A stretch of 64,000 nucleotides of DNA from Batkoa obscura (lineage: Eukaryota). The translations under genes and the position numbers were made by a program. Every line of letters starts with the position of its first letter. Positions within the stretch are counted from its first letter, which is position 1. Of this stretch, positions 61,337 through 64,000 are shown piece by piece. The stretch covers positions 868,001-932,000 of the forward strand of contig JASVEC010000015.1 of NCBI GenBank assembly GCA_030770535.1, in the 5' to 3' direction. The notes beneath the pieces are model-generated. The model was not told where the DNA came from. It did no database searches and saw only the letters and a program-made list of their open reading frames with translations.

Positions 61337-63774
61337 ATGAGATTAATGGATTATTATACTAAATTACAATCTTTAAAAAATTATTTATTTATAATTTTAT
61401 TACTCTTATTTTTCACTTGTTTACCATTGTATGCCACTATTGACACTACTCAGCATGATGAATTTGTTAAAGAAGTATTGGAAAAAAAGCCTGGAGTTGA
61501 TTATTGCAGGGTAAGTTAAAGTAACTTATATTAACTCATAATAATATAATACAATGTAATATAAAAGATATCCTCGAATATCACCGAATAATCTTGAATA
61601 ATATGACATTAAATTGAATAAAGAATTAAAGGAAAGAAATCACTAACAAGAACTATTTTTTATTAGCCTCCAGGGATGATCCATGATTCGTGTTGTGATT
61701 ATAAAACAGTTGAAGAAATCAATAGTAATTTGTTACCCTTAATTCATAATTTGCTAGAAACTCCTTTTTTCTCACATTACAAAGTAAGTTTTGTTAGCTA
61801 TTTTATTTTAAAGAAAGATGATCTATTTTTTATATTCAATTGTTGATTTTTAATAATATTTTATATTACTTTTAGATCAATTTACATAAACAATGTCCAT
61901 TTTATAATGCCAATGAATTATGTTCTCGTGTAGATTGTAGTGTAAGTACTTTAGATGAAAGTGAAGTACCTGCTACTTGGTTAACTGAAAAACTAAGTCA
62001 AGTGGATATGGGGATTGGTAGAATGGTGAGTTTATTATTTTAATAATAATAATATGTAATGAATAAAATATCGGATATTAATAAATTAATTTGATTATTT
62101 TTTAGGGGTTAAAACAAATTAAGAAATGTACATATACAGATAAAGATTTTTGTGTATTAGAAGATGAAGAATCGGATGGTAATTAATTATATCATTTAAT
62201 GTAGAACTTGTTATTAATCCATTTATAACTTTAATATAATAGAAGGACAATATGTTAATTTATTAAAAAATCCAGAACGGTTTACAGGTTATGGGGGTGA
62301 CTCCGCAGCCCAAGTTTGGAAAGCAATATATGAAGAAAACTGTTTTAATTTTTTAAATGAAAAAGAAAATTCATTAACATCAAACTTAATGTCCAATGAT
62401 TTATTGATGGGATTATGTAAAGAAAAAAGAATCTTTTATAGATTGATTTCAGGTGAGTGTTAAGAGATAAATACTATTATAATATTGTAATTGTATTATT
62501 AATTATTAATTTTGTCTTAGGTTTACATGCTTCCATTTCAACTCATATTTGTTCAGATATTATAATACAAAAACAGAATCTTGGGTAAATTAAATTTCTA
62601 CTTTTTATCAATATTTTGAATTCAAATATGAACTTTATTAATATAAGTAATTAGGAACCTAATTTAGAATGTTTTATAAGTCGAGTCGGTTCTCATCCCG
62701 ATAGATTAGAAAATATGTATTTTAATTATATGTTGCTATTAAGAGCAGTAACTAAAGTTACTAAATATTTGGAAAATTATCAATATTGTTCATTGGACCA
62801 AGAACAAAATTCAAGTATTAAGGTAAGTACTATTAAGAATAGAGAGTTAGTTGATGTAATAGAAATATTAATCTAATTTCAAAACTATAGGAGTTATTAA
62901 GTAATATCAAAACCCATGCTAAAAATTGTCCAGCTACTTTTGATGAGAACAATCTTTTTGTTAATAAAGATGCTAAAGTAAGTATTATTATTATTAATTA
63001 ATTCTTTTTTTATTAGTAATTTTTACCTTATATTAAATCTAGCTCCTTAAAACCGAATTTAAACAACATTTTCGAAATATCTCACAAGTCATGGATTGTA
63101 TTGGTTGTCAAAAATGTCGATTATGGGGTAAAATTCAAACTGGAGGTAAATTCCAAATTATAGTTATAATAATTAAACGAACATTTATTAACCTTCTTTA
63201 TTTTTAATTTAGGTTTTGGTACTGCCTTAAAAATATTATTTTCTTATGAAGAAAAGAGTTTGAAGTAAGTGAAGAATTTCAATCTATTTTTTATAGAATT
63301 GTATTAATATATTTATTTATTTATTTATGTGTATAGTCCTAAAAGAAATCCGGATTTATTTAAAAAAACAGAAATTGTAGCTTTATTTAATACCTTTGGT
63401 AGATTAGCTGAATCTATTGCATCCGTGGAAATGTTTAGAGAGATGTATTTGAAGAAATATAATTTTGAAAAAGATGAAAAGAAGACTTCAAAGAAAGAAA
63501 ATGGATATGAAAAAAAGACTCAAAAGAGTGAAGATGTAAAAGAAAATAAGAGGACGATAGTGAATATGGTTTTGAAAAGAAAGATGTCAATAAGAATGAA
63601 AGTAATCAAAATATGAAAGATGAAACTACGATGGACAAAAAGAATAGTTCTATTTATAGTCAAGTGATTCATTTTATTCTGAATTCACTTGAATCAACTA
63701 TGGACTATGTTGATTCAAGAATTCCCACTTTAAAATATTATCGTAATCTTTGGATTAAATCTATACTTAGTTAA
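61337..63774 (+). CDS. ERO1: ER oxidoreductin Ero1, multi-exon; as written stops at 63616, probable true stop 63774
   Basis: CPFY...C....[63 protein letters not shown]. Confidence 0.93.
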
Positions 63775-64000
63775 TTTGACACTATTCTTATACTTCATAT
63801 CTTATTTTTGTTTTTTAAATAAAATTCAATTTCTTATTTTATTGATTTAATAGTTAAATTAATTTTATTAATGTTAATATTAATAAAAATAGGAAGAAAT
63901 AAAAAATATTTAATTTATTATTATTATTATTATTATTAAACTTCTTTAAATTAATTTATTAAAACTTTAGTTAACTTTAATACAGTAACTTATTATCAAC

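Noticed and set aside
1..64000. CRISPR arrays, rRNA, telomeric repeats, alternative genetic code or selenocysteine recoding, AT-AC introns
   Set aside because: None seen. Introns examined are GT-AG, and premature stops are explained by introns or one-base indels.

Overview
This is a very AT-rich, intron-dense eukaryotic window with short GT-AG introns. Gene content points to an early-diverging fungus, plausibly Zoopagomycota/Entomophthorales (inference only). It holds about 27 host protein genes: a CUE protein, PSMD5/Hsm3, Gos1, flavocytochrome fumarate reductase-cytb5, a CLASP-like protein, an AzgA permease, an MFS transporter, two tandem sulfurtransferases, DJ-1, a GON4L-like Myb protein, Sdh7, an ELO elongase, an Iks1-like kinase, BolA2, a lipase, tyrosinase, Erd1, cyclin C, a GH17 glucanase, Ero1 and several unknowns. 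There are also 4 tRNA genes. The most notable feature is a 2,464-bp DNA transposon (31660-34123) with GGGG..CCCC imperfect TIRs, an exact AAAT target duplication and an intact Sola-like DDD transposase. Alongside it is a family of seven ~95-99-bp MITEs with G-rich ends and 4-bp A-N-N-T target duplications. Other oddities: a sulfurtransferase paralogue that has lost its substrate-binding arginine loop and shows gene-conversion-like mosaicism; a 633-bp intragenic tandem duplication whose two copies carry complementary frameshifts; three single-base frameshifts in conserved genes; and clustered STRE-, PacC- and CCAAT/GATA-like motifs. Exon boundaries were read by eye, so multi-exon gene spans are approximate.
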